Of a stretch of DNA of 64,000 bases, positions 36,262 to 44,178 are shown piece by piece. The notes beneath the pieces are model-generated. The model was given only the letters and a program-made list of their open reading frames with translations. It ran no database searches and was not told the DNA's origin. Position 1 is the stretch's first letter. Each line of letters opens with the position of its first letter. The position numbers and the translations under genes are program-made. Origin of the DNA: Candidatus Woesearchaeota archaeon (GTDB lineage: Archaea; Nanobdellota; Nanobdellia; Pacearchaeales; UBA284); NCBI GenBank assembly GCA_964599615.1, contig CAZRGF010000005.1, positions 6,829 to 70,828 of the forward strand. Reading direction: 5' to 3'.

Positions 36262-37062
36262 TTAATTTTTTGGGGTTAGGATTACATTCAGGGGTTTGTC
36301 TGAAATCCTTATTTCTGCTTGGTCTTTTTTATTGAAGTCATAGACTTTGTCATCCAAAACAATCACTCCCCCATAATCCCTCATAGATTCAAACTCTATT
36401 CTTTCTCCCATTCCTATCTCTCCTTTTAGTATTGTTGACTTAAACACTCTTTTGCCAAAATAAGGTTCTCGGACTATTAACTTTAGTCTTTTTTCACTGT
36501 AGTCAAAAGGTTCTCCTCCAGCAGATTTAAACCATGCAGTTGAACCAGAGCCTGTTGAAATAATAACTCCTGAACTTCTTTGTTCTTCTTCTCTATCCCT
36601 TAATTTTATTTTATATCTCGCAGCAAGAAATTGCATGGCTGCACCTATAAAAATACTATTTAATACATAGATTCTTATCAATTCTTTATTTTTTACAACT
36701 TCTGCCCTTTCTCTTTGAATTGTTCTGAAATTGCCTTCTAGAATATGTTCCAGATTATTTAGGGTATTAGGATCAATACTAGTCAATGCTCCTTCACTTG
36801 TGTCTGGGTCTGAATTAACCCCCAAAATAAGCTGATTTTCTACAAGATTTGAAGCTCTTGTGAAAGTCCCATCTCCCCCAATACTTATAACCAAACCATA
36901 TTCCCCAAAATTAGTATTATCCATCTCATCTATGCTGATTGATGAATAATTTATTCCAGCCAATCTCTTTTCTACTTCTTTTACAGTTTTTAAATGACTT
37001 AAAGTTTTTTTGTCTCCTTTAACAATCAATATTTTTTGGGGTTTCATTTTTTGTGTTACCAT
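36262..37062 (-). CDS. nadK: NAD kinase (second copy)
   Basis: ISIGGDGTFTRAS motif and similar length. Confidence 0.85.
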   Translation of the reverse strand: MVTQKMKPQKILIVKGDKKTLSHLKTVKEVEKRLAGINYSSISIDEMDNTNFGEYGLVISIGGDGTFTRASNLVENQLILGVNSDPDTSEGALTSIDPNTLNNLEHILEGNFRTIQRERAEVVKNKELIRIYVLNSIFIGAAMQFLAARYKIKLRDREEEQRSSGVIISTGSGSTAWFKSAGGEPFDYSEKRLKLIVREPYFGKRVFKSTILKGEIGMGERIEFESMRDYGGVIVLDDKVYDFNKKDQAEIRISDKPLNVILTPKN

Positions 37063-37145
37063 TATATTATAATAACTACTTTTAAATCTTTTCTTTTATT
37101 CAGTTCATTGAAAAATTTTGTTTAATTATATAACAAATAAATGTT

Positions 37146-38093
37146 TTATCTTGCATTTTGTTTCTCCCTTAATAAAAAGTAGGGGGTGAGGCATAACCTG
37201 TAAAAGTCTTCTCTTTTAAATTTCTCTAAGCTTTCTGCTTTATCGGAATAAGCTAGCAAAATGGCATCACTAGGTTTTAAATTCAGATTTTCTCTTTTAT
37301 TTATTTCAGCGATTATCTCTTTTTGAAGGGGTTTATACTTATTATAGAGATATTGTGGTTTGATTGTGTCTAGGATGTTATCAGCGATTATCAAGGAGAG
37401 TATATTTTTGAACCAGATATTTGCTTCAAGTGTCTTTATTTTCTCTCTTGAGAATACAAATCCAATTCTATAATAATACAATCCAAAAGGTTTGCTCATT
37501 GAAAAAATAACTGCAAGGATATTCTTATTTTTAAGATCAAATAAGTTGTTTTTTGTCAAACCAATATAAGTGCCATCAAATACAACTTTATGGATTTTGC
37601 AAATCTCATTAATAACATAATTTGGGATTATATTTCCGTCTCTTGCAGATGGATTTGAAATGAAGAAGATTCCTGGTTCAAGTTTTGAAAAATCTTGATT
37701 TTTCTCGACTGCTACAATTTTTAGGCCTATTCTTGAACCATATTCCCTGTACCCTTCATATTCTCCTTTCAAGACATAAATAATGGCTCGGGGATTCTCA
37801 GTTTTTATTTTTACAAGAATATGGAAAATCCCCTCACTTGCTCCAGAAGTATAATACCTATTTTCAAAATCTTTTAAGTCAGGGGTTTGAGATTTATGAT
37901 ATTCTATAAACTTATTAATTACAGGGGTATGAAAATTATCTAAACCTGGTTCAATTGACTGCAAAAATATCTCATGGGGGAATTTCTTTGTTATTTTGTC
38001 AATTATTTCTCTGATTTCAGGAAAATAATAACAATAGACTGTTCTAGTTGCTTTTAGTGAAAATTTTTGGTTTTTATTTGTAGAGTTTATCAT
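37146..38093 (-). CDS. PLP-dependent aminotransferase class I/II-fold protein (short)
   Basis: FSMSKPFGLYYYRIGFVF matches the SxSK-x3-G-x3-R-x-G Schiff-base lysine block. Start moved to an ATG forming an ATGA overlap with the radical SAM gene. Confidence 0.55.
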   Translation of the reverse strand: MINSTNKNQKFSLKATRTVYCYYFPEIREIIDKITKKFPHEIFLQSIEPGLDNFHTPVINKFIEYHKSQTPDLKDFENRYYTSGASEGIFHILVKIKTENPRAIIYVLKGEYEGYREYGSRIGLKIVAVEKNQDFSKLEPGIFFISNPSARDGNIIPNYVINEICKIHKVVFDGTYIGLTKNNLFDLKNKNILAVIFSMSKPFGLYYYRIGFVFSREKIKTLEANIWFKNILSLIIADNILDTIKPQYLYNKYKPLQKEIIAEINKRENLNLKPSDAILLAYSDKAESLEKFKREDFYRLCLTPYFLLREKQNAR

Positions 38094-38968
38094 ATTAAGG
38101 TGGCACCTCCAAATTGCCAATCAAATCTTAGGTGTCCATCTGGGAAAAATATTATTTGTCTTAGATTATCAGACTTTGGCATTATACTCAAAGCATCTGT
38201 AAGTGAGACATTTTGCCCATTTAAGTCATAAACAACAGAACCGTTTTCTAGAGTCATTAATTTATGCGCATTTTTTTCAAGAAAATTTGTAATTTTATCT
38301 ATTTCTTTCTTCTTTATTATATGCTTCTTTGTCCAATTAAGAATATCCGAGTTTTCTGCTTCATAAGGATAAGCTAATTTCCTTAAGCTTAATTGCTCAA
38401 CCTTTAAATTCTTTGCATAGTTTATCATCTCTTTTACTTCGTTAACATTATCAATATAACCCCGTATCATCGTGCAACTTAACCTTACTGAAAACCCCAA
38501 CTCATGCAGTTTTTTTATTACATTTTCTAAGTTTATGTAATTTGAATTTTGAACTATCAACTCTTTATTTTTTTTGTGGCTATAATGGGTGATAGAAATT
38601 GAGATTATAGTTAAGCCCAAGGCATACCATTTTTTAAGGTAATGGAGATATTGTGATTCTTCAAGTAATAAAGCATTTGTCTGAAGTTCTATAACTGGAA
38701 ATTCAAAAGTAGCTAAATTCTCTAAAAACTGAGTTATTTGTTCTGGGTAAAGGGTTGGTTCTCCTTTTCCAGTTATTATCACACTGGTTACCTTATTTGT
38801 CTGGGCTAATACACATGATTTTCTGAAATTTCTCCAATTTATTTTATTGAGCTGAGAACACATTCCTTCTTTTGGAGTCATTTTTGATATACAATAAGGG
38901 CAACTAGCATTACAGTTTGTTGTTCCCGCTATTATGCTAAATGATTGGATTTTCATTTTTAATTTCAT
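38090..38968 (-). CDS. radical SAM enzyme (small, no obvious SPASM or B12 domain)
   Basis: CNASCPYC (CxxxCxxC), GKGEPTLYP and IELQTNALLL blocks. Confidence 0.8.
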   Translation of the reverse strand: MKLKMKIQSFSIIAGTTNCNASCPYCISKMTPKEGMCSQLNKINWRNFRKSCVLAQTNKVTSVIITGKGEPTLYPEQITQFLENLATFEFPVIELQTNALLLEESQYLHYLKKWYALGLTIISISITHYSHKKNKELIVQNSNYINLENVIKKLHELGFSVRLSCTMIRGYIDNVNEVKEMINYAKNLKVEQLSLRKLAYPYEAENSDILNWTKKHIIKKKEIDKITNFLEKNAHKLMTLENGSVVYDLNGQNVSLTDALSIMPKSDNLRQIIFFPDGHLRFDWQFGGATLI

Positions 38969-39396
38969 CTCCTTGGTCTGATTTTTCTTCTGTAATCATT
39001 GATAATTTGATTATGGTCAAAAGCAAGTTGGGGAAAGTTAAGCATAGGATGATTATCATACAAAGGAAAATATCTAGCTTCAATAGCATCGTCTCCTGCT
39101 TTTTTGTGACCAGAGTATTTTGTAGCAATGTAAACATGTGAGATTACATGGCCTCTTGGGTCTCTATCTGGGTTAGAATATACTCCAAACAACTTTAATT
39201 CTTGGATATCAATATCTGTTTCTTCTTTTGTTTCCCTTATACATGTCTGTTCAATTGTTTCTTCCCCATACTCGAGATAGCCCCCTGGCAAAGCCCACAT
39301 ATCTTTGAATGGTTCGTGTTTTCTTTTAACTAAAAGAATGCTTCCTTTTCTTTCAATTATAATATCTGCTGTGCATCCTGGATTTTTGTATTTCAT
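38965..39396 (-). CDS. Nudix hydrolase
   Basis: Nudix box GGYLEYGEETIEQTCIRETKEETD. Confidence 0.85.
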   Translation of the reverse strand: MKYKNPGCTADIIIERKGSILLVKRKHEPFKDMWALPGGYLEYGEETIEQTCIRETKEETDIDIQELKLFGVYSNPDRDPRGHVISHVYIATKYSGHKKAGDDAIEARYFPLYDNHPMLNFPQLAFDHNQIINDYRRKIRPRR

Positions 39397-39821
39397 TTTT
39401 TATCCTTTGTTTGTTTTTTGGGAATTAAACAGACTCCTAACCTATAGTGTTTTAGATCTTCTTCTAAAGAAAGTTGAATGTCCTTCCATTTAGTAGTACT
39501 AATCCAACCTAGCCTACCATCGTTTGATGAGTCTCTTGCAACTATCAAGTTTTCAAGTGATATTGGAGAAACATCAATTGCTTCATGTTCTTTGAGTTCT
39601 TTTCCTAGAGACTTATACCTATTCTTAATTGTTCTTGTTACTAAATATTGAGATTTAGTTAAAGCTTCATCTTGTGAACTTGCAAGGACATAAAATCTTT
39701 CGTTAACTGGAATTGTTCCGGGCATTCTAGCATCATTATCATAATATTGTGATTTGTAATGAATTTGAAAAAGCATTAATCCATTTGCAGGCAAAGTTTC
39801 ATAAGGTGTTTTTTTAACCAT
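39393..39821 (-). CDS. hypothetical protein
   Basis: 142-aa ORF with a 4-nt overlap with the Nudix gene. No motif recognised. Confidence 0.5.
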   Translation of the reverse strand: MVKKTPYETLPANGLMLFQIHYKSQYYDNDARMPGTIPVNERFYVLASSQDEALTKSQYLVTRTIKNRYKSLGKELKEHEAIDVSPISLENLIVARDSSNDGRLGWISTTKWKDIQLSLEEDLKHYRLGVCLIPKKQTKDKK

Positions 39822-39830
39822 TTTAGTTTT

Positions 39831-40280
39831 TTAAGTACAAGATTTAATTTGTTGAGCTAAATTATTTAATGAGTATACTAATTTGATTTCAGGCTTGGCT
39901 AATTGCATTTGTATTTCAATATCTGCTCTTCTTTTGTATTTTGGATCAACTCCGACAAATATGAACTTATTTTGCATGCTTTGTTTTCCTAGTTCAAACA
40001 ATGTAATCGGGCATAGGGCCTCTTTAGGAAACCAGAATGAAATTGCAGTTGCTTTTTTGAAATGTTCATATTCCCAAGTTGTTTGGGCCCGAGTTAGTTC
40101 ATTTTTATCACCATCAGGAAAATGTTTTCTTCTTGGATTAAGCAAAGTTATTTTTTCATAATACAGTAATTTGACTAATGTAGATTGCCAATCCCTGCAT
40201 CCTGTTATGCCTCCTGCGAAGAATAGGCTTTTTTCATTTTTTCCTGGTTTGTAGATTTCAGGGCACTCAATGTATTTCAT
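39831..40280 (-). CDS. nucleoside 2-deoxyribosyltransferase-like protein
   Basis: SLFFAGGITGCRDWQ ... LLNPRR ... WEYEH ... FWFPKEALCPITLFELG matches the Nuc_deoxyri_tr2-type pattern. Confidence 0.6.
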   Translation of the reverse strand: MKYIECPEIYKPGKNEKSLFFAGGITGCRDWQSTLVKLLYYEKITLLNPRRKHFPDGDKNELTRAQTTWEYEHFKKATAISFWFPKEALCPITLFELGKQSMQNKFIFVGVDPKYKRRADIEIQMQLAKPEIKLVYSLNNLAQQIKSCT

Positions 40281-40281
40281 T

Positions 40282-41034
40282 TTATAGTCTCCCTTCTAAA
40301 ACATCTTTAGTTGTAATTAATTGGGTTCCGGCATTTACCATCTCTTCTATAGCTTTTTTTCCGAAATCTGGATCAATCTTTCCTGAAAAATCAATATCAA
40401 CTTCTTCTATGGCATCTGTAACAAGATAAGCTACGAAATCGGGATTTATCTCCCTGCCATATTTTAATTGTGCAAGAACAGCTGCTCTGTCACAGTAATC
40501 GGTTCCAAATCCAACATTTATTGTTTTTTTCAATCCTGCTCTGACAGCTAATTGGAAAGCTGTTTTAAAATTGGGATTTGTTGCAATATCATAGCTTTGT
40601 TTTTCAAATATTATTTGCATTCCTGATTTGAGAAAACCTACAAGTTCTTGTTCAGTATATATCCTTATTCCTGATCTTGGTCCGTCTTTTCTTCTAATAT
40701 AGATATCTTTTTGTGGCTCTAATTCTTTTATCCTTAGCTGACCCCAGGTCCCATTCATACCATGGTCTTCAAAAGAACCACCTTCATTCCTTATTAATTC
40801 AGCATCTTCATAAAAATGCCTGTCAACTGAACCCAAAATACCCCATTTTTTTTCTTCAGCTTTTTTATGTATTAAGATTATTTTAGGAAGAACTGCTTCT
40901 GCCCCATATGCCCTCATATTCCAGGGTTTATTTGCATGAACAAACAAAGCTCCTGTCCTAAGAGAAAAATCATGTTCAACATCTGTCTCATAAACTGCGA
41001 TTTCTGGGAAAACAAAATTCGGACAGGAATTCAT
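40282..41034 (-). CDS. isochorismatase / nicotinamidase-like cysteine hydrolase
   Basis: ETDVEHDF (Asp), EKQSYD (Lys) and GFGTDYCDRAAV (Cys) catalytic-triad blocks. Larger than typical PncA. Confidence 0.6.
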   Translation of the reverse strand: MNSCPNFVFPEIAVYETDVEHDFSLRTGALFVHANKPWNMRAYGAEAVLPKIILIHKKAEEKKWGILGSVDRHFYEDAELIRNEGGSFEDHGMNGTWGQLRIKELEPQKDIYIRRKDGPRSGIRIYTEQELVGFLKSGMQIIFEKQSYDIATNPNFKTAFQLAVRAGLKKTINVGFGTDYCDRAAVLAQLKYGREINPDFVAYLVTDAIEEVDIDFSGKIDPDFGKKAIEEMVNAGTQLITTKDVLEGRL

Positions 41035-41786
41035 CTTATTTCACCTTCTAAGACATTTTTTGTCTTGACTAATTTAGCACCTGCTTTTACCATCTTTTCA
41101 AGGGCTGATTTGGTTGTTTCAGGAGAAATTCCCATTATAGCATCTTCAACAACATAGCATTGTATTCTTCTTGCTTGCATGCCAATAACCGCTGCCCTTA
41201 TGCTTTCTATTCCTACGCCGTAAACAACTGCTTCTTTGACTCCAGCTTGTTCAAGTATTTTTTCAGCTAGTGGATTAGTAAAAACATTGTAGGATTGTTT
41301 TTCAATGTAAAGACCACCATGGTGGTATAATATTGGAAATGCGTGGGGTGTTCCGGCATTTGCAAGAGATGGTATTTTGTAGAACATTTCTTGAATACTT
41401 TTTACGTTGTTGTGAATTATCTCTTGTTCCCCTATTCTGTTGATTTTGCCTTCAAGATGATGGGGGATGTATGTGTGTCTATCTTCAGATCCGGTTTTAT
41501 CCCACCACCATATCCCAGTTTCATGAATTTTTAGCTGTCCTATTGTCATGTTCATACAGTAATCTGGAAAAGGACCGCCCCATCTTTTCAACTCAAGTTC
41601 TCGAGTTTTATATTCTTCTGTTCCAAAGAGCTTGTCAACACTTCCTAAAATTGGAATTATGTTTTTTTCAGCATATTCTGTTAATTTTCTAAGATTTGGT
41701 TTTATCAGTTCTGCATTTGGGACATAAAGTGCTCCATCTTTGTTCATGAAGTCATTTTGAGTGTCAACATCATAAAATATTCTCAT
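41031..41786 (-). CDS. isochorismatase-like paralog lacking the nucleophilic Cys
   Basis: DVDTQNDF and EKQSYNVF are conserved. The position of the catalytic Cys reads GVGIESIRAAV, compared with GFGTDYCDRAAV in the neighbour. Confidence 0.55.
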   Translation of the reverse strand: MRIFYDVDTQNDFMNKDGALYVPNAELIKPNLRKLTEYAEKNIIPILGSVDKLFGTEEYKTRELELKRWGGPFPDYCMNMTIGQLKIHETGIWWWDKTGSEDRHTYIPHHLEGKINRIGEQEIIHNNVKSIQEMFYKIPSLANAGTPHAFPILYHHGGLYIEKQSYNVFTNPLAEKILEQAGVKEAVVYGVGIESIRAAVIGMQARRIQCYVVEDAIMGISPETTKSALEKMVKAGAKLVKTKNVLEGEIR

Positions 41787-42976
41787 CTTTTCCCTCCTAA
41801 TCTTAGAACCAGGTTTTGATTTGGTCTGTAAAATCTTCCTGTTTTTGAAATTGGGACAAAGTGTTCTGGGTCTTCTCCAACATCAACAATATCCATTTTT
41901 GTTGCGCGTGAATGGAAAAGTTGTCCAACTCCTAAGCCATCATAAAGTCTTTTTTTGAAATAATGTTCTGCTTCTGTAAATGCTTTAACCTTGGCAGGAT
42001 TTGCAAAACCACTTGATAGCATGATACTAACATAAGCTAAGTTTTCTTCGTCTAGTCTTTTTCGCATTGCAAGTGTTCCTGAAATTGTCACGCCATGGCC
42101 TGCGTAATATAACTTGCTTCTTGGGCTAAGTTTTAAAAAATCAGTGTCATAAAGGATTGCATCTTCATCATTTATTGCCCCCTGGCCAATATTCTCCCCG
42201 CAGGTGTCTATTCTTGTTCCATAGAGTTTTGTTCTTCCTTGCTTTTCTAAATCTCTTGCAGTTGTTATTGTGTCATCTATTTCTTTATTTCTGTAATCAC
42301 AAAGAATTATTCTTGGAACATCAGTTTCTATATGCCTGTCAAATGCCAGCATTGTTTCTGGAACAGCTCTTTCATAGCCATATTTCCAAGCCATGATATT
42401 TTCTAAAACATGGGGTGTTGTTCCACTGCCTTTTTTTCCAATACACGCTGCACCAATATCTGTTGAAGCTCCGGTCATGCCTCCCTTAAGAACTGCTCTT
42501 GAAATTGCTTCATCTTCATCCCATCTCCAGTGTCTTGCGCCAAAGTAGGTGCATGGTCTGTTATTTGCTGCTTTAACAACTGCCGTAGATCTTCTTGTTA
42601 CTTCTTCGAGATCTACTCCTTGTTGGTCATTTGCTTTAGTTGTTTCAGCTGCTACAACTCCCAAGTACATTGTTTCTAAATCGATGATATCTTGTATTGG
42701 AGATTCAATAATCATGTATGTGTCTTTTGGTTGATATTCTGCACCTTCTGGCAGAGCAAAAACTTTTCCGCCATGTTCTACTAGTGGGCTGTATTTTTCG
42801 AGAATAGCTAATGCTTCATCAATGCCATAGATTCTTCCTGGCCCTTTTCTTATGAAAACCTGGGCACGAACCCAGGGATTTAGTTTTTCTCCCTCAAGAA
42901 CTGTTTTTGTCCTTAAGAAATATTTATCTATGTAGCGGGTTGGGTCTGAAGGTAAATTGAATTTTTCTGCGTACAT
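41783..42976 (-). CDS. pncB: nicotinate phosphoribosyltransferase
   Basis: Length and blocks YFLRTKTVL, GTRIDTCGE and GVGQL are typical of archaeal-type NAPRTase. Confidence 0.8.
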   Translation of the reverse strand: MYAEKFNLPSDPTRYIDKYFLRTKTVLEGEKLNPWVRAQVFIRKGPGRIYGIDEALAILEKYSPLVEHGGKVFALPEGAEYQPKDTYMIIESPIQDIIDLETMYLGVVAAETTKANDQQGVDLEEVTRRSTAVVKAANNRPCTYFGARHWRWDEDEAISRAVLKGGMTGASTDIGAACIGKKGSGTTPHVLENIMAWKYGYERAVPETMLAFDRHIETDVPRIILCDYRNKEIDDTITTARDLEKQGRTKLYGTRIDTCGENIGQGAINDEDAILYDTDFLKLSPRSKLYYAGHGVTISGTLAMRKRLDEENLAYVSIMLSSGFANPAKVKAFTEAEHYFKKRLYDGLGVGQLFHSRATKMDIVDVGEDPEHFVPISKTGRFYRPNQNLVLRLGGKR

Positions 42977-43037
42977 TTTATTGGTTTTTTTGGTTTGATT
43001 TATTATGTTATTTTGTTAGTGTTTATCTTACTCTAAC

Positions 43038-43064
43038 ATAGTGTAGAATATACACTATTTAAAC
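43038..43064 (-). promoter_or_regulatory. TATA box (TTTAAATA on sense strand) overlapping a perfect 21-bp palindrome; candidate NrtR operator of the NAD array
   Basis: ATAGTGTA-gaata-TACACTAT (43038-43058) has a GT-N7-AC core. Lies 62-82 nt upstream of the pncB ATG (42976). Confidence 0.6.
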
Positions 43065-43148
43065 CTTTCTGTGCTGCAGGATATAGGTTAAAAATTTTAA
43101 AAATAGGCTAAAAACAGTGATTTTTAAGAATTATTGGGGGTAAATCAC

Positions 43149-43616
43149 TTAAAACAGATTATTTGGTTTATTTTCTCTAAATTTAAGAAGGAGTTTTATT
43201 GCTAGATCTTCATCTGGAATTAATTTGAGAGAAAAGCATTTTTCAGGTTCTAGCCACTGGAATTCTTTGTGCTCTCTTTTGTCTATCTGGACTTCGGGTT
43301 TTTCATCGAATTTTGTATAAAAGAGATTATAAATAAAATCCTGGCCAGGACTCCTTATGTGAACTCTTTTTATAAACCAGATATCCTCTTTTTTTAGATT
43401 AATTCCAGTTTCTTCTTTTACTTCACGAATTAATGCTTGTTCTGCATTTTCTTCTTTGTCTAGTTTTCCTGCAGGATGACCCCATACACTGCCATAATGT
43501 TTGTAATCTTGGCTTAATAACATCAAGACTTTTCCATCATGTTCAATAAAACAACCTGCTGCTTCAAGTTCTGGTTTGAAATCTTCGGGAATTTCCTCTT
43601 TTTTTTCGAAAATCAT
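43149..43616 (-). CDS. Nudix hydrolase
   Basis: Nudix box GKLDKEENAEQALIREVKEETG. Confidence 0.85.
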   Translation of the reverse strand: MIFEKKEEIPEDFKPELEAAGCFIEHDGKVLMLLSQDYKHYGSVWGHPAGKLDKEENAEQALIREVKEETGINLKKEDIWFIKRVHIRSPGQDFIYNLFYTKFDEKPEVQIDKREHKEFQWLEPEKCFSLKLIPDEDLAIKLLLKFRENKPNNLF

Positions 43617-43645
43617 ATTTTTTTAGATTTTAGAAGTTTAAATTA

Positions 43646-43987
43646 TTAACGGGATTTATAATTAATATAAGCGGTTCTACATTTAGGACAATAAATTAAA
43701 TCATGAATCAAGTAATTTAGTTCATGTTCATTTTTTTGATTTTCTGAGACAGCTATTTTTTGTTCATTTGGAAGGTCGAGAAAACTTACTAAACCAGTTT
43801 TACATGATTTGCATTTTGATCTAATGTTTTTTGGAGGTTTTGTTTTGCTTTCAACTAATTGTATTCTGCTATTTTGCCTTCCATCAAAATAACAATTCTG
43901 GCATCTTTCTCCGCCTAACTCAATATAACAGATATATTCTCTATATTTTTTTCTTTTTAGACCTACATTTAATAGGTGGACTTTCAT
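43646..43987 (-). CDS. zinc-ribbon protein with several CxxC pairs
   Basis: CQNC, CKSC and CPKC pairs. Confidence 0.5.
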   Translation of the reverse strand: MKVHLLNVGLKRKKYREYICYIELGGERCQNCYFDGRQNSRIQLVESKTKPPKNIRSKCKSCKTGLVSFLDLPNEQKIAVSENQKNEHELNYLIHDLIYCPKCRTAYINYKSR

Positions 43988-44047
43988 AAAACTACAGAAT
44001 TCTTCCAGTTTATAATAATTTATAGGGTGTAGTATTCAGTAACTTTT

Positions 44048-44072
44048 AGCAACATAAACAACAGAATCAAAA
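44048..44072. repeat. displaced copy of the last 25 nt of proS
   Basis: AGTAACTTTTAGCAACATAAACAAC is identical to 44181-44205. The copy keeps an in-frame stop (TGA, against TAA in the gene). Confidence 0.75.
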
Positions 44073-44178
44073 GAGGTAAGTTTAAAGACGATTTAAGCCA
44101 TTAAGTCAATACATACCATGTGCCAAGATGCTCATTCTATTACATTTACAAATCAAGCGTAGCGCGAAGTCCTAAATT

